From Candidatus Gastranaerophilales bacterium (GTDB lineage Bacteria; Cyanobacteriota; Vampirovibrionia; Gastranaerophilales; Gastranaerophilaceae): a stretch of DNA of 64,000 nucleotides. The stretch is from contig CALUWF010000003.1 of NCBI GenBank assembly GCA_944324405.1, positions 8,890-72,889 on the forward strand. The letters run 5' to 3'. The translations under genes and the position numbers were made by a program. Each line of letters opens with the position of its first letter. Positions within the stretch are counted from its first letter, which is position 1. The notes below the pieces were generated by a model. That model was not told the origin of the DNA and searched no databases. It saw only the letters and a list, made by a program, of their open reading frames with translations. Shown piece by piece: positions 47,236 through 54,858 of the stretch.

Positions 47236-49275
47236 TTACACCGCTCTTGGGTTTATGGTGATTGCATCTGCGTATTCATCAAGTATTGCGGGATTTACTT
47301 TAGAAGCCTGAGGCGCAACCATAACCTGTCCTTTTATATCATATTTATCCTCAACCGCATTTTTTAGCTCTGGAGTTGTGGTAACAAGACCGGTTTGGGT
47401 ATCCACACATTTAAGGACATTTGCTCTTTCAAAGTCCTCAAGCGGGAAATCGCCGGAAGCGATTTGCATTGTCGTGTGGTAAAGCTGGTTCAAGCTGCCG
47501 CAATCAGCCCAAGGTTCATCTGTCGGAACTGCAAGGATTTTTTGATTTCCGAGAATTGCCTTAGCATTTGCAATTGCATCAAGAGGAATATCCTGCTCAT
47601 CCATATCTACAATTTTTGCCAGCTCTTCTCTGATTTCTTCCGGGCTGTCTTTTTGAGTAAGCTGCATTAAAACGGGAGTAAGGCATTTAGACCAATCTCT
47701 GGGCTCTTTTCCGCTGCCTGCCGGGAAATAAGGAAGCAAAGCATTAAGCGCATCAAAAGCTTCTTCGCTCACTGCAAACTGGAATGTATTTGCCATACAT
47801 TTTCCTTCGGGAGAAATCAAGCTCTTTGAAGGATTTTTCGGCTTTTCAACAAACTCAAGAATTTCATTGTTATCGCCAAGCCTCATAATACCGAAATCCT
47901 TTGCAAGAGAAGGATCTACTTCTTTTGCAATCATTACCATCGCGGCCTGTTTTGAATCAATGAGTTCTTTTGTTTTTTTCATTGCGCCGGTAACGCGTGA
48001 AATCGGATCATTTGGAAGAATTAAAAGGTTTGTTCTTCCGCTTCTTGCCATTTTATCGTACATATCAAGCGTAAAGCCGCCGTTTCCTTTATTTACGCCG
48101 GATTTATTCAAATAGAATTTAACGTTTTTACCTATGCCGAAAACACCTTTTGTACAGTCTAAAAGTCCTGCATTATGAAGGGTAATAAAAGTTGTTTCCA
48201 TAGGAGTCAAGCCGGTCGGAGTTCTGAATGCCCCTTTTGTTGATTGAGCACCGTTTGCCTTGCCATGGAAAATACCGTCGGATGATGCGTTTGTATATTC
48301 AGCACGGGAACCAAAACCGCCCGCGAGCATAGCGATTTGAGTTTTATCTGCATCAGGTGCGGCATAAAAAGTATCAAGGACTATTTCTCCGTCATTAATT
48401 TTACGTTCAAATTCCGCTATGCTGTCAATAATTTCGGGAACAAAACGTCCGTCTTCCATACCGATGACAATTTCCGTACCTTTGCCTTGTGATTCCTGCG
48501 GATGTCTTTCTCTGACTTCTTGCGGCGCTGCGACAAAAGGAGTGTATACATTACCACCTTTGTCGGCATCAACTTTTAAACCGCCAAAAAGGCTGCTTTT
48601 CTTTTCAATGTGTCCGGTGTCCGTCATAAGAACATATCTGTTCAGATAGTCTTCGTTATCTTCCACAACCGCCATCAAATTACCTTTTGTATTTAATACA
48701 TAAGCTCTCTCACTCATAGGTACTTCAAGCTTAGAATCAGGCGTTGCCGTAATTTTTATGTCCTGCTTAAGGGGCAGCGATAAATCCGCGATGCGTTTTG
48801 GATCTCTTGGCATACGCACCGCCATTTGGTATAAAAGGTCTAAACCCTGACTTTTTATCTGGGTTCTTGCTTCGGTAAATAAATTATTTGCCTTATCTTC
48901 GGATACTACAATATTTGTTTTTACCGCATCTTCAAACTTGGGCAGAGAATCCGAAAATTTGTCTATAAGATCTGAAACAGGCATTCTGAAACCTACTTTT
49001 TCGCCCATTTTGCCATTATCCGGGTCTGCGCAGGTAAGGATTTCAAGGTTCATTTCACCAAAAGCTTCCTGCAAAGATATTCCGCCCGTAAAGCTTAGTG
49101 TTTTTGCGGTTTTAATGCCGTTAAGCGCCTGATAAGCACTTGCAAGTTTTGCGGCAGAAGTCTTTGCGCCTTGAAATTCTACTACGTTATTTTGCCTTAT
49201 CGGCGAAGTTGCGGCGCTTGCCTGTTTTATTGTGCCGTTGTAATTCACAGGATTTAAATTAAGTTTGTTTATCAT
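47236..49275 (-). CDS. sugar-1-phosphate nucleotidyltransferase (GlgC/GalU-like fold) with about 300-aa unknown N-terminal extension
   Basis: It has the G-rich loop IAMLAGGFGSRAEY. It also has GIMRLGDNNEILEFVEKPKNP (an EKP motif) and EPWADCGSLNQLYHTT (a W-x-D-x-G motif). The first 300 aa or so have no motif I recognise. Confidence 0.55.
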   Translation of the reverse strand: MINKLNLNPVNYNGTIKQASAATSPIRQNNVVEFQGAKTSAAKLASAYQALNGIKTAKTLSFTGGISLQEAFGEMNLEILTCADPDNGKMGEKVGFRMPVSDLIDKFSDSLPKFEDAVKTNIVVSEDKANNLFTEARTQIKSQGLDLLYQMAVRMPRDPKRIADLSLPLKQDIKITATPDSKLEVPMSERAYVLNTKGNLMAVVEDNEDYLNRYVLMTDTGHIEKKSSLFGGLKVDADKGGNVYTPFVAAPQEVRERHPQESQGKGTEIVIGMEDGRFVPEIIDSIAEFERKINDGEIVLDTFYAAPDADKTQIAMLAGGFGSRAEYTNASSDGIFHGKANGAQSTKGAFRTPTGLTPMETTFITLHNAGLLDCTKGVFGIGKNVKFYLNKSGVNKGNGGFTLDMYDKMARSGRTNLLILPNDPISRVTGAMKKTKELIDSKQAAMVMIAKEVDPSLAKDFGIMRLGDNNEILEFVEKPKNPSKSLISPEGKCMANTFQFAVSEEAFDALNALLPYFPAGSGKEPRDWSKCLTPVLMQLTQKDSPEEIREELAKIVDMDEQDIPLDAIANAKAILGNQKILAVPTDEPWADCGSLNQLYHTTMQIASGDFPLEDFERANVLKCVDTQTGLVTTTPELKNAVEDKYDIKGQVMVAPQASKVNPAILDEYADAITINPRAV

Positions 49276-49398
49276 TAGGGATTTCCTTTCAACTGCCCTC
49301 TCACATCTAACAACTTTTTTGCACCGGCGTGCAGATTAACAACGCCCGTAAAAAATTTTTTTTGACATCTTTAATTGAAATTTACAATTCTTTACAAG

Positions 49399-50070
49399 TT
49401 ATTTCACAATGCCCGTATCCAAAACTTCTTTCAATTTATTTTTTATGGATGTATGTATTTCTTCCTTGCTTTTCGTACCGTCAAGTACTATAAAATTGTA
49501 TTCTTTTTCCAGTTTTTTATACTCATCAAGACATCTTTTCTGATAAATTTCAAAGCTTTTGTAAATATCCGTCGAAAGTCCTATATCCCTACCTGATTCA
49601 AAGTAATCAAGCCCGCCTGAGGCTATGAGTCTTTTAATTAATTTATCCGTCGGCATTTTTAAATAAAAGACCAAATCAGGCTCGGGCGCAAATTCATAAA
49701 GTTTTTTAACCCAGTTTATATCATGACCTCTTACCGAATCACGCACATAAGCGGTATAAACGTATCTGTCCAAAAGCACAACAAAGCCTGCTTTAAGCGC
49801 CGGAATAATTATATTTTCAAGCCTGTCCGCGTAATCTGCCGCGTATAAGAGCGAAAAAGTCGTAGTATTTAAAAGATTTTTCTCTTTTGCTTCGTTAATA
49901 AGGCCCGATATAAGTCTTGAGGTTTTCCACTCCGACACAACACAGCCAAAACTCAGCCCCTCAACAAAACTTTTGAGCATATTAACCTGAGTCGATTTTC
50001 CTGCGCCGTCCGTGCCTTCAATTACAACTAACAGCCCGTCATAACCGTGTTTTTTATAAGTCATTTCCAT
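49399..50070 (-). CDS. thymidylate-kinase-like P-loop kinase (paralog 2)
   Basis: VVIEGTDGAGKSTQ P-loop, LLDRYVYTAY, and PDLVFYL. The ATG at 50064 has better SD spacing (GAGG, 6 nt). Confidence 0.7.
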   Translation of the reverse strand: MEMTYKKHGYDGLLVVIEGTDGAGKSTQVNMLKSFVEGLSFGCVVSEWKTSRLISGLINEAKEKNLLNTTTFSLLYAADYADRLENIIIPALKAGFVVLLDRYVYTAYVRDSVRGHDINWVKKLYEFAPEPDLVFYLKMPTDKLIKRLIASGGLDYFESGRDIGLSTDIYKSFEIYQKRCLDEYKKLEKEYNFIVLDGTKSKEEIHTSIKNKLKEVLDTGIVK

Positions 50071-50749
50071 CCTCTTTAATTTCTATGCCGCGCTTATTTA
50101 AAACATCAATCACAAGTTTTCTGAAAAGCTGCTGTTTTTCATGGATTGTGCCGTTTGCATCAATCCAGGTAAGCGAATATTCATCTATCATATTTTTATA
50201 CTGCTCAATTACTCTGTTTTGAAATAAAACATAGCTTTTATAAGGGTTATTGGACAATTTTAAATCCATGCCCGCTTCGTAAAATTTCGGCTGTCTTGTC
50301 GCACAAATTCTCTCAAGCGAAACCTGAGCACTTACATCAAAATACACTGTTAAATCGGGCTTTATTGCAAAACCGTACATATTTCTCACCCATTTCGGGT
50401 CGACTTCTCTTGCAACATCTCTTGCAAATGCAGTGTAGACATATCTGTCCGCAAGCACTATAAACCCTGCTTTAAGTGCGGGTATTATGGTACGCTCCAG
50501 TCTGTCCGCAAAGTCTACCGCATGCAAGATTGAAAAAGTTCTGCCGGAGAGCAAATTTTTCTTTTTTGCGCGCTTTGTGGTTTGTGAAATAAGTTCGGAT
50601 GAATTCCAACAGGTTAAAATTACATCAAGATTTTTTGACTTTAACCAACTGTACAATAAATTCAATTGGGTACTTTTACCCGAACCGTCAATACCTTCAA
50701 CACAAATTAGCACACCTTGCAGTTTATGATCTTTTGAAAATCTTAACAT
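50054..50749 (-). CDS. thymidylate-kinase-like P-loop kinase (paralog 1)
   Basis: ICVEGIDGSGKSTQ P-loop, LADRYVYTAF, and PDLTVYF. It aligns along its whole length with the downstream paralog. Confidence 0.7.
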   Translation of the reverse strand: MLRFSKDHKLQGVLICVEGIDGSGKSTQLNLLYSWLKSKNLDVILTCWNSSELISQTTKRAKKKNLLSGRTFSILHAVDFADRLERTIIPALKAGFIVLADRYVYTAFARDVAREVDPKWVRNMYGFAIKPDLTVYFDVSAQVSLERICATRQPKFYEAGMDLKLSNNPYKSYVLFQNRVIEQYKNMIDEYSLTWIDANGTIHEKQQLFRKLVIDVLNKRGIEIKEDGNDL

Positions 50750-50824
50750 TTTCTGCCTTGTTTTTTTTGCCGATTAACAATAATATCTATATAGTAAAGC
50801 ATAAATTTTAAAAGAGAGCAATAA

Positions 50825-51703
50825 ATGTACAGTGCAATTAAAAAAAGTATTTCTATTATAATAGATAATCCGATTTTAACTTTAAGTTTTGTAATATATC
50901 TTATATTTTTAACCCTGCTTTTACCAAAAATATTTATTTCTCAAAATCTGATTATTTTTGCTTTAACAATTATTGTGGCCCTGCTTTTAACTTCCGCCTT
51001 TTTTGCAGGCTGGCTGCAAATGGTAAAAACAGCCATTTCAAACTCTAAAAAAGAAAAGAAAAGCGACGAAGAGAAAATAAAAGAATTTATCGACATAAAA
51101 AATGACTTTTTTGTCGCAATTCCCGTGTACATTCTGCCGCTTTTAGGAGGGATTGTACTCTACATTATTATGTTTTCGCTGATTGTGGCTTTTAATATAA
51201 AATTTGCAAATCATTTTATCGGAAGTCTTGATTTTTTGGTTGAAAAATTAAACTCCATACCAAAGGATACTCAGGGGCTGCAAGCCTTTTTAGAAGCGCT
51301 TCCACAGGAAGAAATTCTTATTATCTGGTACTGGCAGATACTGTTTTTGTTTACCATAGGACTTTTTAATTTCTTTATGATGTTCTGGGCATCCGCACTT
51401 TATTATCCGCAAAAATGTACAACAAATCCGCTAAGTGCGCTTAAAAATTCTTTGCTTGTTATTTTTAAACATCCCATAAAATCTTTTACACTCTATCTTT
51501 TTATCCTGTTTTTAGGCTTTATATTCAGGACTATGGGAGTATTTTTCTCCACAAACGTAATTTTATATTTCATATTTATGATTTTAGCCATATATTTCTG
51601 GGTTTTTGTATTTGTGTTAATATTTGACTATTATGAGTCAAGATTTTACAATCACGGTGATAACGGGTGCAACCTGCTCGGGGAAAACAAAACTTGCGAT
51701 TGA
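50825..51703 (+). CDS. polytopic membrane protein, unknown function
   Basis: 292 aa with about six long hydrophobic stretches (LTLSFVIYLIFLTLLL, IIFALTIIVALLLTSAFFAGWL, ILPLLGGIVLYIIMFSLIVAF, ILFLFTIGLFNFFMMFWASAL, LYLFILFLGFIF, ILYFIFMILAIYFWVFVFVLIF). Confidence 0.6.
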   Translation: MYSAIKKSISIIIDNPILTLSFVIYLIFLTLLLPKIFISQNLIIFALTIIVALLLTSAFFAGWLQMVKTAISNSKKEKKSDEEKIKEFIDIKNDFFVAIPVYILPLLGGIVLYIIMFSLIVAFNIKFANHFIGSLDFLVEKLNSIPKDTQGLQAFLEALPQEEILIIWYWQILFLFTIGLFNFFMMFWASALYYPQKCTTNPLSALKNSLLVIFKHPIKSFTLYLFILFLGFIFRTMGVFFSTNVILYFIFMILAIYFWVFVFVLIFDYYESRFYNHGDNGCNLLGENKTCD

Positions 51704-52484
51704 TTTTGCTAAAAAAAATAACGCTGAAATTATTTGTGCAGATTCAAGAAGCGTGTATAAAAACCTTGACATTGTAAGCGCAAAGCCAAAACCCTCCGAA
51801 ATGCGCGGTATTAGGCACCATTTACTTGATATTGCAGAGCCAAGCGAAGATTTCAGCGCGGGAGATTTTGTAAAGTACGCCAAAATGGCACTTGAAGATA
51901 TTAAAAGCAGAGGCAAAAACGTAATTATCGCGGGGGGCACCTGGTTTTATATAAAATCTTTTCTTGATGAAAAAGAACTGCCAAAAGTCGGCATAAATAA
52001 AGAGTTAAGGGAAGAATTAAACAAAAAAAACAACGATGAACTCTGGCAAATGTTAAATGAACTTGACCCCATGCGCGCCTCACAAATTCACAAGAATAAC
52101 AAAGATAAAGTCATACGCTCAATTGAGATGTGTAAAGGGTTAAATATGCCGGTTTCACAGTATCAAAGAGAAGAAAAAGAGCCGATTTCAGCCCTCTGGT
52201 ATATGCCGAAAATAAGCCGCGTGGAGCTTTATGAAAGAATAAACGCGCGCGTTGACATTATGCTTGAAGAGGGACTTTTTGACGAATGGCGGAAAAATAA
52301 AGCTCTTTACCCTAATTCAAAAATACTTGAAAATACAATAGGCTACAGGGAATTTTTCGAACTTGAGCGCGGAGTTTGGCAGGATTTTAATCAGGCGGTT
52401 GAGAAAATTAAACAGAGAACAAGAAACTTTGCCAAAAGACAGCTTACTTATTTCCGCTCAAATCCCGATATAAAAGAAATTTAA
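51633..52484 (+). CDS. miaA: tRNA dimethylallyltransferase
   Basis: ITVITGATCSGKTKLAIDFAKKNNAEIICADSRSVYKNLDIVSAKP, IAGGTWFY, and FAKRQLTYFR. The ATG at 51633 is preferred over the TTG at 51624. Confidence 0.9.
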   Translation: MSQDFTITVITGATCSGKTKLAIDFAKKNNAEIICADSRSVYKNLDIVSAKPKPSEMRGIRHHLLDIAEPSEDFSAGDFVKYAKMALEDIKSRGKNVIIAGGTWFYIKSFLDEKELPKVGINKELREELNKKNNDELWQMLNELDPMRASQIHKNNKDKVIRSIEMCKGLNMPVSQYQREEKEPISALWYMPKISRVELYERINARVDIMLEEGLFDEWRKNKALYPNSKILENTIGYREFFELERGVWQDFNQAVEKIKQRTRNFAKRQLTYFRSNPDIKEI

Positions 52485-52485
52485 A

Positions 52486-52521
52486 AAATTTTAAAAAGCC
52501 CCCTTTTAAAAAGAGGGCTTT
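52486..52521 (-). terminator. rho-independent terminator after hpf (hairpin shared with the miaA 3' end)
   Basis: Stem AAAGCCC (52495-52501) / GGGCTTT (52515-52521), plus inner pairs. On the minus strand it is followed by TTTTTAAAATTTTTT. The U-tract on the plus strand is weak. Confidence 0.6.
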
Positions 52522-52541
52522 AAAAAGTTAATTATTAAATT

Positions 52542-52898
52542 TTAAATCGTTTCAGCATCTACAACTGCTTCCGTTCTTATGGAAGGCGAGCCGCTTTTTG
52601 CTTTTAAATATTTCTCTTTGTACTTTCTTACCTGTCTGTCCAGTTTGTCGCAGACAAGGTCAATTGAAGCATACATCGATTCTGCTTTTTCTTCCACTCT
52701 TACAGTGTCACCCAAAACCTTGCAGTTAATTTCCGCAACGTGAGAATCTGCAACGGACGGATTTTTAATAACTGTTAAAACAACGTCAATAGCCTGAATT
52801 TGATCATAGTGTGCGGCGACTTTACCCGCTTTTTCTTTTACATAGGCCTTAATAGCGTCTGTAATTTCGACATTTCGTCCGTTTACATGAATATGCAT
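52542..52898 (-). CDS. hpf: ribosome hibernation promoting factor / RaiA family (short form)
   Basis: MHIHVNGRNVEITDAIKAYVKEKAGKV...INCKVLGDTVRVEEKAESMYASIDLVCDKLDRQVRKYKEK. The start at 52898 has GGAGA 6 nt upstream. The ORF-track start at 52958 is probably too long. Confidence 0.85.
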   Translation of the reverse strand: MHIHVNGRNVEITDAIKAYVKEKAGKVAAHYDQIQAIDVVLTVIKNPSVADSHVAEINCKVLGDTVRVEEKAESMYASIDLVCDKLDRQVRKYKEKYLKAKSGSPSIRTEAVVDAETI

Positions 52899-53039
52899 AG
52901 TGTCTCCGTTTCTAGCTGCGCTGTTCATATGCGCAACTTTTCTATTATACATCATCAAACCATGTTTTTAAAGACACAAAAGGTAAAAAATTAAACTTTT
53001 GTAGTATAATAAACCCAAAAACATTAGCGAGGGAAAAAT

Positions 53040-54275
53040 ATGCAAAATTTCAACAGTTACATGGGCACACTTGACACTTACATTATGTTTCAAATCAAGG
53101 CAAAGATGATTGCCATGACTGAAGAACTCACAAAAAAAGGTCGAAAGCCCATCGCACTTTCCATGGGTGCGCCTGTTGATATGGTACCTCAATTTGTAAT
53201 TGAAAGAACAAAAAAATATTTGGACGAGCCTAAAAATCACACATATTCTATTCCAAAAGGTGAAATACCTCTGCTTGAAGCAATTTCAAAAAGAATGAAA
53301 AATCGCTTCGGAGTTGAGCTTGACCCAAAAAGCGAGATATTTTCTCTAATCGGTTCAAAAGAAGGCATTGCAAATTTTATTCGCTCAATTATTAATCCCA
53401 CAATGGATAAAAAAGAGCAGGAAATAATTATGATACCTGACCCGGGGTATGCTTCATACACCGAAATGATTAAAGTCTCAGGCGGAAGGGCCTATGATGT
53501 TCCCCTGACAAAAGAAAACAACTACATGCCAAACCTTGATGAAGTTTTTGAAAAATTCAAAAAAGAAGGCAATGACCCCAAAAAAGTCAAAGCTCTTATA
53601 ATTAACTACCCTAACAACCCTCTTGGCTGCACATGTACAAAAGAATATTTGCAGCACTGTGTTGATTTTTGCAAAAAACACAACATAATTTTAATGTCAG
53701 ATAACGCATATTGCGATATTTATTTTGATGAAAAAGACAAACCAAACTCCGTCCTTGAGTGCGATGGCGCAAGAGATATTGCCGTTGAATTTTACAGCTT
53801 TTCAAAACCTTACGCCATGACAGGCTGGCGTCTTGGCTGGGTTTGCGGAAATAAAGACTTAATAGGCACTTTCGGCAAATTAAAATCAAGTCTTGATACA
53901 GGCATATTTAAAGTACTTCAATACGCTGCCGCCGATCTTTTAAATTCAAAAGAGGGAGATGAGTACATTAAAAACGCAAATAAAAAACTTCAAAAGAAAC
54001 TTGAAGATTTTGTATCCGGACTGAATGAACTGGGCTGGAATATAAAAGTACCGAAAGCAACATTCTATTTGTGGGTAGATGTGCCGCCAAGATATAAAAC
54101 CGCACAAGACTTCTGTGACGAACTTCTTGAAAAATCAGGCATTGTGGCAGTCCCGGGTGATGCTTTCGGAGATGAAGGCGCCCGTCATTTAAGACTTTCT
54201 ATCGTCGCCGGTGAGGACGAGTTAAAAGAAGTTATAAGACGTATGAAAGAGGACGGGCACACTTTTGTCAAATAA
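53040..54275 (+). CDS. class I/II PLP-dependent aminotransferase (DapL/AspC-like)
   Basis: SFSKPYAMTGWRLGW (PLP lysine), INYPNNPLG, and DNAY. The N-terminal LDTYIMFQI resembles the LL-DAP aminotransferase N-terminus. Substrate not assignable. Confidence 0.75.
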   Translation: MQNFNSYMGTLDTYIMFQIKAKMIAMTEELTKKGRKPIALSMGAPVDMVPQFVIERTKKYLDEPKNHTYSIPKGEIPLLEAISKRMKNRFGVELDPKSEIFSLIGSKEGIANFIRSIINPTMDKKEQEIIMIPDPGYASYTEMIKVSGGRAYDVPLTKENNYMPNLDEVFEKFKKEGNDPKKVKALIINYPNNPLGCTCTKEYLQHCVDFCKKHNIILMSDNAYCDIYFDEKDKPNSVLECDGARDIAVEFYSFSKPYAMTGWRLGWVCGNKDLIGTFGKLKSSLDTGIFKVLQYAAADLLNSKEGDEYIKNANKKLQKKLEDFVSGLNELGWNIKVPKATFYLWVDVPPRYKTAQDFCDELLEKSGIVAVPGDAFGDEGARHLRLSIVAGEDELKEVIRRMKEDGHTFVK

Positions 54276-54858
54276 TAAAGTAATAATAATCGACTATGGC
54301 GCGGGAAACGTAAAAAGCCTGGGCAATATGCTTGAATATCTCGGCAGAGATTATGAAATAACTGACGAGAAGGAAAAAATCCTGAAGGCAAAAAAAATAA
54401 TTTTCCCGGGTCAGGGGCATTTTGAGCAGGCGATGAACAAACTAAACGCAAAAAATCTTCCCGAAACAATAAAAAAATCCATTGATAACGGGGTAGATTT
54501 CCTTGGGATTTGCCTTGGTTTGCAGGTTTTGTTTGAAAAAAGCGAAGAAGCACCCAATACTAAAGGGCTTGGAATTTTTAAAGGCGAAGTTAAAAAATTT
54601 CAAACGGGCAAAACTCCCCAAATTGGCTGGAATAATATTAAGACAACAAAAAATAACACCTATTTAAATGATGATTATTTTTATTTTGTCAATTCTTATT
54701 ACGTCATTGCGGAGGATGAAAGCATAATAAGCTCATATACAAATTATCACATTGATTTTTGTTCATCAATTGAAAAAGAAAACGTCTGCGCACTGCAATT
54801 CCATCCGGAAAAAAGTTCAAACGCCGGAATAGAATTTTTCAAAAAATGGCTTATGTAA
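54265..54858 (+). CDS. hisH: HisH-type glutamine amidotransferase (imidazole glycerol phosphate synthase subunit-like)
   Basis: VIIIDYGAGNVKSLGNML, FPGQGHF, GICLGLQVLFE (catalytic Cys), and QFHPEKS. 11-nt overlap with the aminotransferase. Confidence 0.8.
   Translation: MSNNKVIIIDYGAGNVKSLGNMLEYLGRDYEITDEKEKILKAKKIIFPGQGHFEQAMNKLNAKNLPETIKKSIDNGVDFLGICLGLQVLFEKSEEAPNTKGLGIFKGEVKKFQTGKTPQIGWNNIKTTKNNTYLNDDYFYFVNSYYVIAEDESIISSYTNYHIDFCSSIEKENVCALQFHPEKSSNAGIEFFKKWLM

Noticed and set aside
49362-49388. TTGACA-15 nt-TACAAT on the plus strand, pointing antisense into the Tmk-like genes, with a 73-aa ORF (49375-49596)
   Set aside because: The 15-nt spacer is suboptimal. The ORF is a hydrophobic shadow ORF antisense to a good gene. 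Promoter-like hexamers are frequent in AT-rich sequence.
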